The translations under genes were made by a program, and so were the position numbers. Below are positions 23,101 through 32,685 of a DNA stretch of 64,000 bases, in pieces; within the stretch, counting starts at the first letter, position 1; each line of letters begins with the position of its first letter. Origin of the DNA: Hemiscyllium ocellatum (Eukaryota); contig NC_083445.1 in assembly GCF_020745735.1 (NCBI RefSeq), positions 1,550,001 through 1,614,000 on the forward strand. The letters are read 5' to 3'. The notes under the pieces were generated by a model that was not told where the DNA came from, did not search any database, and worked only from the letters and a program-made list of their open reading frames with translations.

Positions 23101-25615
23101 AACTTTTTCATGTAGAGGGTGGTGTGTGTATGAAATAGGCTGGCAGAGGATGTGGTGGAGGCTGGTACAATTACAGCATTTAAAAGGCATCTGGATGGGT
23201 AAATGAATAGGAAGGGTTTGGAGGGATAGGGACCAAATGGTGGCAAATGGGACTAGATTAATCTAGGATATCGCAAGATTGAGTTTCTGTGCTGTACATC
23301 TTTGTGACTCTGTTAGTGAAACATCTCTCTCACACTCTCTCACACACATACACACACAAAATCCGCAAACATCAAAACAACTCTGAGAAAGTCATCTCAC
23401 ACCCTTGAACTTTGGACTCCTGATTTACTAAATGTTACGTTTTGTTCATGTTTCCCACCCACAATATCTCTGCAGAGCGCTCGGTTTTGCCTATCCTACT
23501 TGTGAATAAATACACGTACATGTTTGCACTTAAAAAGGCAATATAATTGGTCAAACCTATCAATATGAGAGTTGATTTTATCTGACAGAATGGTCACAGT
23601 CAGACCTTAATCATCGTTGAGAATCCATTGGTCACATTTCACACTTGTGACAATTTGTGGAGTATTGGGGCTTGATTCGAGGTGCACAGCTGTCCCCAGG
23701 GTCATGGGACTGCCCAACAGCAGCAAGTCCTGACCAACATCCAGGCTTGAGAAATGGCAGAAAGTATTTGTGTTACATAGAGGCAGGCAATGGCCATCTC
23801 CAACAAGACTAAATCTAGCTATCTCCCATTGACATTCAATAGTGTTACCATCACGGAATCCATCACTGTCAACATGCTGGGGGTCACTATTAACAAGAAA
23901 CTCAACATCAATGGACTTGCAACATCAATACCACAGCTTCTAGGCAAGTCATAGGCTCGGATCATGTCATCCCTAAAGCCTGTCCATTGCCTACGGGCCA
24001 CAAGTCAGGCGTGTGACAGTATATTCTCCACTTGGCCAGATCAGCTCTAACAAATAGATCAAAACCATCCAAAACAAAGCAGCCCACTTAAACTGGCATT
24101 CACTCCATCCACCACAGTAAGGCTGTGGATGCAATTTACAAGATACACTGCAGTAACACACCAATTACCTTCAGATAGCATCTTCCAAACTCACAATCGC
24201 TATAACTTAGAAGGACAAGGGCAGCAGGGAGATGGGAAAACCACTGCTTGCAAGTTCTGAACCATCTCACCTTGGGGTAGTATCTCAGTTCCCTCACTGT
24301 TGCTGGGGAAGAATCCTGGAAAGCCCTCCCTGAAAGCACTGTGGGTAATGCCTACAGTCCATACATTATTGTCATTCTCCCAGCAGCTCACAACCACCGC
24401 TCGGGGGGGGGCAGGTCAGGGGGGCAATAAACACTGGGCTTGTCAGCAATGTCCACACCCTACTAAACAAACTGCCACAAGGTTTGATCCAGTCGCCTTC
24501 CCTCGATCCCACACTCACAATATTTATTATTTAGCAGCACACAGACGGGCCGGTGCAGGGGACAGGCCGCACAGACGGACCGGTGCAGGGGACAGGCCGC
24601 ACAGACGGACCGGTGCAGGGGACAGGCCGCACAGACGGACCGGTGCAGGGGACAGGCCGCACAGACGGACCGGTGCAGGGGACAGGCTGCACAGACGGAC
24701 CGGTGCAGGGGACAGGCTGCACAGAAAACATTGCTGTCAGGGCAAGAGAACCAACTGACTGGGTGTCCTGATCTTACTATCTTGCTAATACAATAGGCTA
24801 TATTTAACCCTTAGTAAGGGGGATCCGTGTTCCCTTTGTGAATGATAGAATGGCTAAGTGTTTACTTTGTTCACAGCTCAAAAAAGATGCACATGATTTT
24901 GATCTTAAAAACTTAAGTCTTGTAACTGCTACAAAAACTAAACCCTGTGGTGAATGCAGCATCAGGGCTGAGACACATTTAATGAGGTTAACAGGATTCA
25001 GAAATCCTAGCTACCTGATGAAGGAGCAGCGCTCCGAAAGCTAGTACTTCCAAATAAACCTGTTGGGCTATAACCTGGTGTTACGTGATTTTTAACTTTG
25101 CCCACCCCAGTCCAACACTGGTACCTTCACATCAGAGAAACACTTGGATTAAGGGGCTCAGAAAATCCAGTGTTATCCCAGTCGAAGGGAATTTCAATAT
25201 ACATCTCACACTTGAACAATGGTAAGTCTGGATTTACGCGTTTTCTTCCTGTACATCTGTCAATGCACATTTATCACAATACCCTCTGTCTATACACGAG
25301 CTCGGGCTAGACTTCTCAGAAATTAGAACTGTTGCTGAAAGTTCGAAAAATGAGGGAATTGAGTGAATGCAGAGACACTTTAGAAATTGGGATTAACTTC
25401 CTTAAGGCAAGAGAAAATTGAGTAGAGAATGAATAGAAGAGTTCAAACTGCTGATAGTTTTGATGAGAAGCGAATAGCGGTTCTTCTTCTGACTGACAAA
25501 GCCACTTCGTACAAAATCTTTCCAGAATTCAACAGCAGCCAATTCTTTTCAAACTTTCTAAAGCCTCTCAGGCCAACCCATCTCCAGTAACAGTCCAACT
25601 TACCAAATTGGCCAT
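4936..25615 (-). CDS. GTF2F1: General transcription factor IIF subunit 1 (RAP74), 530 aa; join(25604-25615,22445-22491,21967-22039,21418-21611,21162-21332,14396-14598,12930-13083,12345-12406,8216-8344,7289-7362,7065-7200,6725-6851,4936-5146)
   Basis: Spliced translation MANLGSSSQAVTEYTVRVPKNNTKKHNIMAFNAADKIDFSTWTQAKMERDLSNKKIYQEEE...FEAFPVNAWYNF...RIHDLEDDLE...EDSDDGDFEGQEVDY...GNSRPGTP...TEDAVRRYLTRKPMTTKDLLKKFQTKKTGLSSEQTVNVLAQILKKLNPERKMINEKMHFFLKEGN* is recognisably RAP74. All introns are GT-AG, phases are consistent, and the total is 1593 nt. Confidence 0.97.
5400..6722. repeat. 33-bp minisatellite (CCCCACCATTCTGCCCCATCCTGCTATCCCACT) filling most of the last GTF2F1 intron
   Basis: Visible tandem units; the 33-bp period explains the 567/469-aa Pro/His-rich ORFs. 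Confidence 0.95.
6725..6851 (-). CDS. GTF2F1: GTF2F1 coding exon 12
   Basis: GKRQGNSAETPVAKRLKMDTGPQSASGKSTPQPQSGKSTPSSG, 127 nt. Confidence 0.95.
7065..7200 (-). CDS. GTF2F1: GTF2F1 coding exon 11
   Basis: KKKTPPKK...GNSRPGTP...STSSTLKAAANKLEQ, 136 nt. Confidence 0.95.
7289..7362 (-). CDS. GTF2F1: GTF2F1 coding exon 10
   Basis: DSSEESESSDESDIESEAASALFMS, 74 nt. Confidence 0.95.
8216..8344 (-). CDS. GTF2F1: GTF2F1 coding exon 9
   Basis: GVDETVGSESSEESEEEKQNEEKDEEDDDKKSAAPEKREKKNK, 129 nt. Confidence 0.9.
8690..9895. repeat. ~39-bp pyrimidine-rich minisatellite (CTGTTCTCTCTCGTTCCCCCCTCACTCTTTCCCCTTACA)
   Basis: Visible tandem units; 13-aa period in the spurious ORFs. Confidence 0.95.
10460..11640 (+). 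mobile_element. Degenerate CR1/L2-type LINE fragments, with an antisense LINE 3' end nested at ~11148-11325
   Basis: Remnants such as tttgcagatgac (FADD), ctggtgagaccctacctggagtattatgtgcag (LVRPYLEYYVQ) and an agagtcatag tail. Confidence 0.65.
12017..12190. mobile_element. Tc1/mariner (Tigger/pogo-like) MITE
   Basis: Imperfect TIRs CAGAGGAACCTCGATTATCCG ... CAAATAAACAAGGCTCCCCTG followed by TA; internal GATAATCGAA sub-repeats typical of Tigger-type ends. Confidence 0.6.
12345..12406 (-). CDS. GTF2F1: GTF2F1 coding exon 8
   Basis: DNNDDELDKGKADKGEDVPKG, 62 nt, tttcag/gtatgt boundaries, phase 2->1 fits both neighbours. Confidence 0.88.
12445..12850. repeat. C-rich tandem repeats (~46-50 bp; CCCTGATGCAGTGTCCCCCCGCTCTCTCTC...) in the intron between coding exons 7 and 8
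   Basis: Visible tandem units with long C runs. Confidence 0.85.
12930..13083 (-). CDS. GTF2F1: GTF2F1 coding exon 7
   Basis: DTKKDPKAPKK...GSDDEAVEDSDDGDFEGQEVDYISDDES, 154 nt. Confidence 0.95.
13369..13655. repeat. 43-bp minisatellite (GAGGGAGCCAGTGGCCCAGGGCCCACACTGTCAGACACTCGCT), ~6.5 copies
   Basis: Visible tandem units. Confidence 0.92.
14396..14598 (-). CDS. GTF2F1: GTF2F1 coding exon 6
   Basis: RNKVVNHFSIMLQKRLKDQD...RIHDLEDDLE...EDSDED, 203 nt, donor gtaagt. Confidence 0.94.
16219..17247 (+). mobile_element. CR1-clade LINE (HER1-like), 5'-truncated RT C-terminus plus 3'UTR
   Basis: SGVPQGSVLGPLLFVIYIN...FADDTKIGG...[15 protein letters not shown]...LERVQKRFTRMLPG; (ATGACTCT)n-type tail. 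Confidence 0.93.
17278..19800 (-). mobile_element. CR1-clade LINE, degenerate endonuclease (19305-19790) plus RT (17278-18718), interrupted by an LTR
   Basis: APE motifs (ISETW...GGAVALLVK...GVFYRP...IGDFNFPNIDW); RT motifs (RPVSLTSVVGK, QHSFVKGRSC, DVVYMDFSK); (ATGTTCT)n tail. Confidence 0.9.
18719..19303 (+). mobile_element. LTR-like fragment inserted in the CR1 LINE
   Basis: Starts with TG (TGTCACAAAG), non-coding, AATAAA at ~19211, composition similar to the LTR at 59353-60941; no clear CA end or TSD. Confidence 0.55.
20168..21115 (-). mobile_element. CR1-clade LINE 3' fragment
   Basis: [27 protein letters not shown]; split by a SINE at 20308-20621. Confidence 0.85.
20308..20621 (-). 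mobile_element. HE1-like tRNA-derived V-SINE
   Basis: GGGCGGCATGGTGGCTCAGTGGTTAGCAC A-box head, GGTTCGATTCC B-box, V-domain (GAGTTTGCACATTCTCCCC...GGTTTCCTCCCACAGTCC), (TCTAA)n tail. Confidence 0.9.
21162..21332 (-). CDS. GTF2F1: GTF2F1 coding exon 5
   Basis: FKGQRKGGVTENASYYIFTQCPDGAFEAFPV...LTAEEAEEEWGR, 171 nt, preceded by an 85-bp intron. Confidence 0.96.
21418..21611 (-). CDS. GTF2F1: GTF2F1 coding exon 4
   Basis: AKMERDLSNKKIYQEEE...PEDQPWLLRVNGKAGRK, 194 nt. Confidence 0.96.
21967..22039 (-). CDS. GTF2F1: GTF2F1 coding exon 3 (NNTKKHNIMAFNAADKIDFSTWTQ)
   Basis: tttgcag|G...CAG|gtataa, 73 nt. Confidence 0.95.
22445..22491 (-). CDS. GTF2F1: GTF2F1 coding exon 2 (GSSSQAVTEYTVRVPK)
   Basis: tttgacag|GGT...CCCAA|gtaaga, 47 nt. 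Confidence 0.95.
22894..23312 (+). mobile_element. CR1-clade LINE 3' end
   Basis: SYRERL...RGDLIEAYKIMRG...; same 3'UTR as 16219-17247. Confidence 0.85.
23735..24475 (+). mobile_element. Degenerate L2/CR1-type LINE 3' portion (second family)
   Basis: Remnant 'TVNMLGVTINKKLN' RT C-terminus; ends GGGCAATAAA; related antisense pieces at ~38170-38390, 55560-55730 and 57620-58230. Confidence 0.7.
24538..24724. repeat. 30-bp CpG-rich minisatellite (GCACAGACGGACCGGTGCAGGGGACAGGCC), ~6 copies
   Basis: Near-perfect tandem units. Confidence 0.95.
25012..25046 (+). ncRNA. Minimal type-I hammerhead ribozyme motif in a Penelope-type terminal fragment (~25010-25132)
   Basis: UAC-CUGAUGA-A-GGAGC-AGC-GCUCC-GAAA-GCUA-GUA: core boxes, 5-bp stem II, 3-bp stem I, palindromic loop-less stem III (AGCU). 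Confidence 0.7.
25604..25615 (-). CDS. GTF2F1: GTF2F1 coding exon 1 (MANL)
   Basis: ATG GCC AAT TTG|gtaagt; 12 coding nt like the MAAL exon of the mammalian gene; candidate acceptor tattacag at 25669-25670. Confidence 0.85.
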
Positions 25616-26006
25616 AATTGCAAGTTTATGGTGAGAGCTTCAACTTCCGAATGGGCCTTGTTTAGAAGCTGTAATACGAGTAAATAAAGGTAAATTCTCA
25701 AAGCTGTGAAGGTGGAAGAAAAGGAGGAGGAGGATGTCAGACAGGGTATTGTGGATGACGGCTGGGGGGGGGATTGGTAGGGAGCTGACTGAGGAGTGGA
25801 TGGGGGGTGTGATTGGAGGAGGAACTGGGGTGCATTGGGGGAGGTGATTTGGGGATGGATGGGGTGAAAGTGACTGGGGGTAAATGGGGGGGGGGGGGAA
25901 GGTGAGTGAAGGATGGATGGGGTGAAAGTGACTGGGGGTAAATGGGGGGGGGGGGAAGGTGAGTGAAGGATGGATGGGGGAAGGTGATGGGGAAGGTGAT
26001 GGGGGG

Positions 26007-26106
26007 NNNNNNNNNNNNNNNNNNNNNNNNNNNNNNNNNNNNNNNNNNNNNNNNNNNNNNNNNNNNNNNNNNNNNNNNNNNNNNNNNNNNNNNNNNNNNN
26101 NNNNNN
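26007..26106. other. Assembly gap (100 N) inside the putative 5'UTR intron of GTF2F1
   Basis: Run of N flanked by a G-run and a C-run. Confidence 0.99.
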
Positions 26107-26149
26107 CCCCCCCACACACACACACCCCTCCCCCCAATACAGAGAGAAC

Positions 26150-26450
26150 CGAAAACAAACCGTCTCCCCAACTAAACCCCACTCACCGGAAACCAGGACC
26201 ACGCTTAATCCCCGCCCCCGGCATCCGGTCCGGCACAGAATCCCCGCCCCCCCCGGCATCCGGTCCGGCACACAATCCCCGCCCCCCGGCATCCGGTCCG
26301 GCACACAATCCCCGCCCCCCGGCATCCGGTCCGGCTCTCTCAGTTCCTGGGTCGAACAGGCCCCTGTAAGAGCGGAGTCAGTCAGAGACAGAGTGCGGGA
26401 GGAGCTGGGGGGGTGGGGGGTCACTGTCAGGGGAACGTCACCCTCAGGGG
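26150..26450 (-). promoter_or_regulatory. GTF2F1: GC/CpG-rich promoter and probable non-coding first exon of GTF2F1 (donor CCG|gtgagt at 26187/26186); contains ~4 x 33-bp repeat with GC boxes
   Basis: CpG-rich island ~600 bp upstream of the ATG exon; strong donor; each unit carries GGGGCGGGG and CCGGATG on the minus strand. Confidence 0.65.
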
Positions 26451-26459
26451 GATTCCAAG

Positions 26460-26840
26460 TTAGTGAGATGATTTGTAGCTCGGGTGCTGGTTGTTGTGGT
26501 TCTGTTCGCTGAGCTGGGAGTGTGTGTTGCAGACGTTTCGCCCCCTGTCTGGGTCCCATCCTCAGGGAGTGGGAGCCTCCTGTGAAGTGCTTCTGTGATC
26601 AATCCTCCGGCATTTGTAGTGATTAGTCTCTGCCGCTTCCAGTTGTTAGTTCCAGCTGTCCGCTGCGGTGGCCGGTATATTGGGTCCGGGTCGATGTGCT
26701 TATTGATTGAATCTGTGGATGAGCACCATGCCTCTAGGAATTCCCTGGCTGTTCCCTGGATTGTCCGATAATAGTCGTGTTGTCCCAGTCAAACTCATGT
26801 TGCTTGTCATCTGCGTGTGTGGCTACTAAGGATAGCTGGT
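26460..26840 (-). mobile_element. Penelope-like element 3' end (GIY-YIG C-terminal region plus terminal repeat)
   Basis: DQLSLVATHADDKQHEFDWDNTTIIGQ...REFLEAW; homologous to the 48250-48610 segment; hammerhead-like CUGAGGA...GAAACGUC at 26529-26568. Confidence 0.82.
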
Positions 26841-26953
26841 CGAGAAGCAGGGTCACTGCCCCGGGAATGGGGTGGGCACCGGATATTGTTCTGAGAGAGC
26901 ACACCAGCCCCTGACGATGGTGCAGACAATAATTTATAGACAAATAAGTTTGA

Positions 26954-27318
26954 GAGAATGAATCCTAGGTTCTTTCCTCCTATACGTTTTCTTTTGGCTT
27001 CTTCATGGTTCGTGGCCCAAGCTGAGATTGTTCTAACGAGGTTCCCAGCAGAGCATCCTGCCACCTATAAAGCTCCTTGAGTGGAACATCGAAACATGGG
27101 TCTATTGACACCCCCTTTGTTCAGTCTGCCAGTGAGACTGACCACGATTTTCCCAACTCTTTGTCATCAATAGTCTCAAACTCCCCAAAGCAGCTACGCT
27201 TCATCATTATGGTCAGAAATTTCACAATCCCTTTGGAACATGGTTGGATGAGAACATGGTGTTTCTGTGCATTGTCTATGCTGGTAAGGGCATCAGGGAG
27301 AACATATATGCTCACCAT
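26954..27318 (-). pseudogene. RPS15A: Processed pseudogene of 40S ribosomal protein S15a (uS8)
   Basis: [40 protein letters not shown]...GEFETIDD /fs/ [16 protein letters not shown] /fs/ FDVPLKELYRWQ ... NHEEAKRKRIGGKNLGF aligns end to end with RPS15A ([43 protein letters not shown]...HEEARRKHTGGKILGFFF); intronless and frameshifted. Confidence 0.92.
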
Positions 27319-27589
27319 GATGCTGCTTGGTCAAAGAATTGCTTAACTTTAGATCTATCAGTGATGATATTGCTGCAAGGAAAGTACCATACTCCATGAG
27401 TATGGGATGCAGCAGCATTAGCAGCACAGGATCAGTCGTCCCCAGGACATCAGTATCTCCACAAGACCCATGACATGGTCTTCAGGAAGATACAGAGCTC
27501 TTTCAACGTCAGGTGTCACGTTTAGGGAGTGTGGAATAAGTTAGAAAGCATTCAGCCTCATTCCTTCAATCTGGACTAATAGTTCAATT

Positions 27590-28200
27590 AAGAGAATGTG
27601 TGGACTGCAGATGCTGAAGAATCAGTCAAAAAGTGGGCTGCTGGAAAATCACAGCAGGTCAAGCAGCATCTAAGGAGCAGAAGAGTCGATGTTTCAGGCA
27701 TAAGCTCTTCATCAGGAATGTGGAGAGAGAAGGGGCCTAAGAGATAAAGAAGGGGGGGGCAGATTAAGGATGAGGCTGGGGTTAATGTAGCTGGGAAGGT
27801 GATAGATGGATGCAGTTGGGAGATAATTGTGATAGGTCAGTGGGAAGGATGGAGTGGATAGGTGGGAAAGAATATGGACAGTTTGTCAGGGTGGATCTGA
27901 GATGACGTGAGGGGAGTCGAGGTGTGAAAACTGATGAAGTCGATGTTGATGCTATGTGGTTGTAGGGTCCTGAGGCAGAAGATGAGGCGTTCTCCACTGC
28001 CAAATCAAAACCATCCACCAACTGAAAGAAGGAGTCTCTGCTCCACCCTCCCCACCGCCATATCACCATTACCTCCCACCTGTATTCACCTATTGCCTTC
28101 CCACTACCTTCCCCTCCGCCCCATGCCCCACAGTTCCACCCCACTTCCCTATATATGTCTCAGCTCCCTGCCCTCGCCACATTACTGATAAAAAGAGTTT
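27590..28200. mobile_element. Penelope-like terminal fragments in both orientations
   Basis: GATGCTGCCTG/CTGCTG..TTTTCCAGC terminal motif, degenerate hammerhead at 27685-27718 (-), CCTCCCACC-rich tail in the opposite orientation. Confidence 0.65.
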
Positions 28201-29786
28201 CATCAATTCCTGACAGGACTAATTGAACATGGATTCATAAATTTTGTACAGCAGAACAGTTTCTCAGAGGCAGCTTCTGGCTGGGACTGTGACAATGGCA
28301 AATCAGACCAAGGGCAACCTCTTGCAGCCTGTGACCAGATGAAGCCCACAGCAGAGACAGCTGCTCCAGAGCTTGCATGGAGAACAGAGCAGATCCCTTC
28401 AATAGAAGAGGAAAACATGGGAGCATTGAGGGACCATAACAACTGGGGGCTGGGGGGTTATGGGGGACAGAGTTTGTCTATTTTCACATCTTGTCTTTAT
28501 CTTGAAACTCACTTAACTGTACATTTAGTATTGTACTTTTTGTCCCATGGTTCATTTTCCTGAAGGCAGCATTTCTAAAAGCAAATAGAAGGTTTCAAAA
28601 CAGTCCTGGTGTCATTTTTAAAAAAAATATTATCTGCTATTCCTGTCATAATTTTGCATTACCACTTATAAATCATGACAGTTCAGATGTTAAGGATGCA
28701 CTTTTGCCCTATTTTGTATAGTCAAAGCAATGTTTTAATTTAATATCAACACTGTCAAAGAGAGTGACAAACAAACAGCTTTTCAGGAGGGAGATACAGT
28801 CATTTAGATTTAAGGAGCAAAAACTGTAGGAAGCAGACATTCTCACTGCTGTTGGTGTACCAGGGCTAGTTCACCTTCTTTCTCCTGCATCAGGATCTGT
28901 GGAACATTTATCCATCTAACCTGCTGCTCCACTCGTTTCTCTCCAGGGTCTTCTTATTCGACAGTAAAACTGTGCAGTGCACAAGCTGCAGCTCCAATCT
29001 TGGACACTGTCTCATGCAAGTACAGTTAGGTACTGCCTTACCTGTCCAAGCAAAAGGAAGCATGTTCAGAGTACTCAAATGGTTTTCTCCTGTACTTGCT
29101 GTGTCCTTCCTGCCTCAGTGCTGTTCCTGTGAAATTCGGTCATCAAACCACATAGTCTTTGGGAGACTATCGTCCGATTCTGAGTGTAGAAATCATGGCC
29201 TGTTGCAACTGAGTTGACCAGGACAAAATGAATCACGTGTGCTTTGCTGGTTATCTGCATTCACATTTTAGAATCTCGGCAAATCTGTTAATTTTAAACC
29301 ATAGGATTATCTCAATCATCTGATAAACAAAGGACCTTGTCATGAAATGTTGCACATCACTAGTCCCATGACGAAATGAACCACAAGCAAGAAATGATAA
29401 TCCTGCATCATATGATCAAATGAATCTGCATCATATCAACCACTGAAGCATCAGTATTGTGGAATACGACATCTCACACACATGCAGGCATGGAAGTAAC
29501 GGTGTCTAAGCATAAGATTCTATAATGATCTGTTCAAAGTGAGATATAATATTACATTCAATGTCCATCTCAGTAATTCAGCAACATTTTTATTACAAGC
29601 ATTAAAGTTTTTTCACTTCTGAAATTTTCATTTAAACCCTTTACCTACATATATTTAAAACAGATTGTTAAAAGAAATGCATTACAAATTCACATCGACA
29701 CAGCATCTATAAGAGTTGAAGGCCTTTTAAGGTCAAAGATAAGGTTATTTTCTAATTATGTTACAAAATGTCTGACATTTGACTCC

Positions 29787-30015
29787 GTGGTTAGCACAGA
29801 GACTGGGTTTGATTGCACCCTTTGGTGACTGTGTGGATTTTGCATGTTCTCCACACGTCTGTGTGGGTTTCCTCCAGGTACTCCAATTTCCTCCCGCAGT
29901 CTAAAGGTGTGGAGGGGGAGATGGATGAGCCAGGGGAATGCAGGGTTGGGTGGAATGCTCTTTGGGAGTTAGCATAGGCTGAATGTCCTACTTCACTACT
30001 AATGGGGATCCTATG
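29787..30015 (+). mobile_element. Degenerate HE1-like SINE
   Basis: GTGGTTAGCAC head and V-domain GGGTTTCCTCC remnants. Confidence 0.65.
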
Positions 30016-30954
30016 ATTTGCACTTTTCAAGTTCACTGCAGACCATTTAAATAATAATTTTTAATGAAAGTACAACCTCCAAAATCAAGCTTTGCAAATA
30101 CTACATTCCAAAATTTCTCTGACCACACGAAAATCTCAAACTCAAATCTTGTGGGGGTGGGGGTGGAATTGAGCTGAAGTTTATGGTTTTGTTAATTTAA
30201 CAGACAACCCTTTGTCTGGATTGGGAATCCCCACCAGGGGCTTTAAATGAGCATGTGCATATACTTCCTCGAAAGTCCAAATCGGACAATACTCGAATAA
30301 CATAACACCAGCCAGAGTGGGAAAACCCACCCTAAGGTGTCAACCTGTCTCTCCACAGGTGCTGCCAAACATGCAGAATTTTTCCTATATTTCAAATCTC
30401 AAATATGCACAGTCCTTTGCTTTTATTTATGGTGTTAACCAGTTAGAGTGAGCTGACGGCACTTCCTATTAAACCCAGAGATACGCTGAAATGAAAAGGA
30501 AATATTCAGCAGGTCAGACAGCAGGAGAGAGAAAACATATGCAACTTTTTTCATATTTTTATTATCCACAATATTTTGATTATGTTTCAACCTGGGGTGG
30601 AATTGTAAAGAATAAATAAATTCTACAGTAACCAAGCTGCTGAGTTTACATTTTCTTATGTCTCATTTATCGTCACTTCACTGTCTCTCCATTGTGACCC
30701 AGCAGAGGGGAGATATACCATCACTCACATTAAAACCACTGAGCCTTCTTTTATCCTTAGCACCTTTCACTCAGAGACACTCAACCTTTAAAAGGTTAAG
30801 TGTTTGATGGGAATGCTTATAGATATTTCCACTTGGGCACAAGGGGGAAGCAAAGTGACAAGGCCAGCATATAATTATTTAATTCATATAGGTGGGTGAT
30901 GGGGAGATGCCATGATATTTTCACCGACCCAGTAATCCAAAGGCCCAGACTAAT

Positions 30955-31960
30955 CATAGAACCAGACAGCACAAAAGAGGCCTTTTGGCCCGAGTCTGTA
31001 CCGACAAAAACAATTCAAGCCTACACAAGTCCCACTGTCCAGCACTTGGCACATGGCCTCGAATGTCATAATATTTCCAGAGTGCATCCAAGCACTTTTT
31101 AAAGGTGGTGAGGTTTAAGCCTCCAACTACCCTCCAATGTATTCCAGATCCCCTCCAGCCTCAATAAAAATAAATTGCCTCAAATCCCTCTAAACCTCTT
31201 GCCTTCACCTTAAAATTACGTCTCCTTATTACCAAATTCTCAACTGAGGGAAACAGCTGTTCCAATCCACCCTGTCCATGCCCCTCAATCTCATATACAA
31301 TCAGGTTCCCACCAATCTGCTCTGCTCCAAGCAGAACCCCCAGAGCTTATCCAATTTCTCATTATAACTGAACTGCTCCACCCCAAACAACATCCCTCCT
31401 GTAACTGCACACAGTACTCCAGCTGCAGCCTGACCACAGTTCTGTACAAGTCTAACATAAATTAGAAGAGCAGGGAGGTTAGGTCACTGATTTTAAAAGT
31501 AAGTTCCTGAATGCCTCTTAATCGCCCTATTGTCCTCTCCTACCAAATTCAGGGATTTGTGGACCAGAGGCTCTGGTCATTCATTGAGCACTCACTTACC
31601 TTATTCCTTCTTCCAATGTTTATCACCTCACTTCCCAGGGTTAAGTTCCATCTGCCACTGATTTGCTCATCTGAAAATTAACCATCTATATCCTCCAAGA
31701 ACTCCCTGTTAGCCGACTTACATCCAACTTGCCAAGTAACCCTGGATCCTTTGTGTTTTTTCCTTCTTTCATCAGGGTCCCATGTGGGAACTTGTCAAAG
31801 GTTTTCCTTAAATCCATTTAAACTACATCGACTGCACTCTCACACCTGGTCACATCCTCAAAACATTAAAACAAAAACTGGTTAGGCATCAGCTCCTGCC
31901 GACAAAGCTATGCAGACTACCCCAACAACCTTGCCTCCGAGTGGAGATTAATTTTTTTTC
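30955..31960 (-). mobile_element. Degenerate CR1-type LINE inserted in a SINE-like element (head ~30895-30955, body ~31980-32245)
   Basis: LINE 3'UTR and RT remnants (GTCCCATGTGGGAACTTGTCAAAGG = D..FDKFPH on minus); the SINE ends GGCAATAAGTGCTGGCC. Confidence 0.55.
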
Positions 31961-32624
31961 TAATAACCGGAGGAAAACGGGATTGAATTCCTCCCTGGCA
32001 GCTGATTAAATTTAAATTCAATAAATTTGGAATTGAAAGCTAGCCTCTGTGATGAAGACTATAACTATTATCATTATTGTAACAATCCAGTTCACTGTGT
32101 CTTTTGGACAAGGAAATTGGTCATTCTTACCTGGTGTGTGGGGTATGTCATCCTAGACTCATAGCAACCACCCTCTGCATTGGTCTAGTAGGCCTCTCCG
32201 TTCCAGGGCAACTAAAAATCGGCAATAAGTGCTGGCCTTGTGCTCAAAAGAATATAATTACTTATAAAGCATTCAGAAAAAACCGTTACCTGGAGACAGG
32301 TGATAAGATGGAACTAGGTACCACAAGGAGTGGCTGAGGAGAATGGTATTAGCTTTCAAGTGATAGATAGACACATACAAGATTCTGTTGATGGGGTGGA
32401 CACAGGATTGTGTGCGACATTAACCACCCCTGTTTCAGTGCTGAACATTTCGTGTAATTATTGAAAGTGGTTTTTCTCACATGGTTTTCCAAGCTGATTG
32501 GGGACAGACACCAAGTTTGGGATCAGGCCCAAGGTTAATCATGGAGCATGCTGCTCCTGAAGGTCAATGTCACAGGTTAACTTCAATAACTAGATTCCCT
32601 CAGAAACACAGGTTGATGGGAGTA

Positions 32625-32669
32625 TTTATTGTACAGGAATTATAAATCATGAACCTATTTGCATTTATT
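32625..32669 (-). terminator. Two AATAAA polyadenylation signals of YJU2B (32664-32669, 32625-32630)
   Basis: TTTATT twice on the plus strand immediately after the stop codon. Confidence 0.6.
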
Positions 32670-32685
32670 TACACACAGGCACAGC

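Noticed and set aside
28217-28563. Acceptor-like CTGACAG followed by a ~115-codon open frame on plus
   Set aside because: No recognisable homology, the acceptor abuts a decayed Penelope end, and no partner exons were found.
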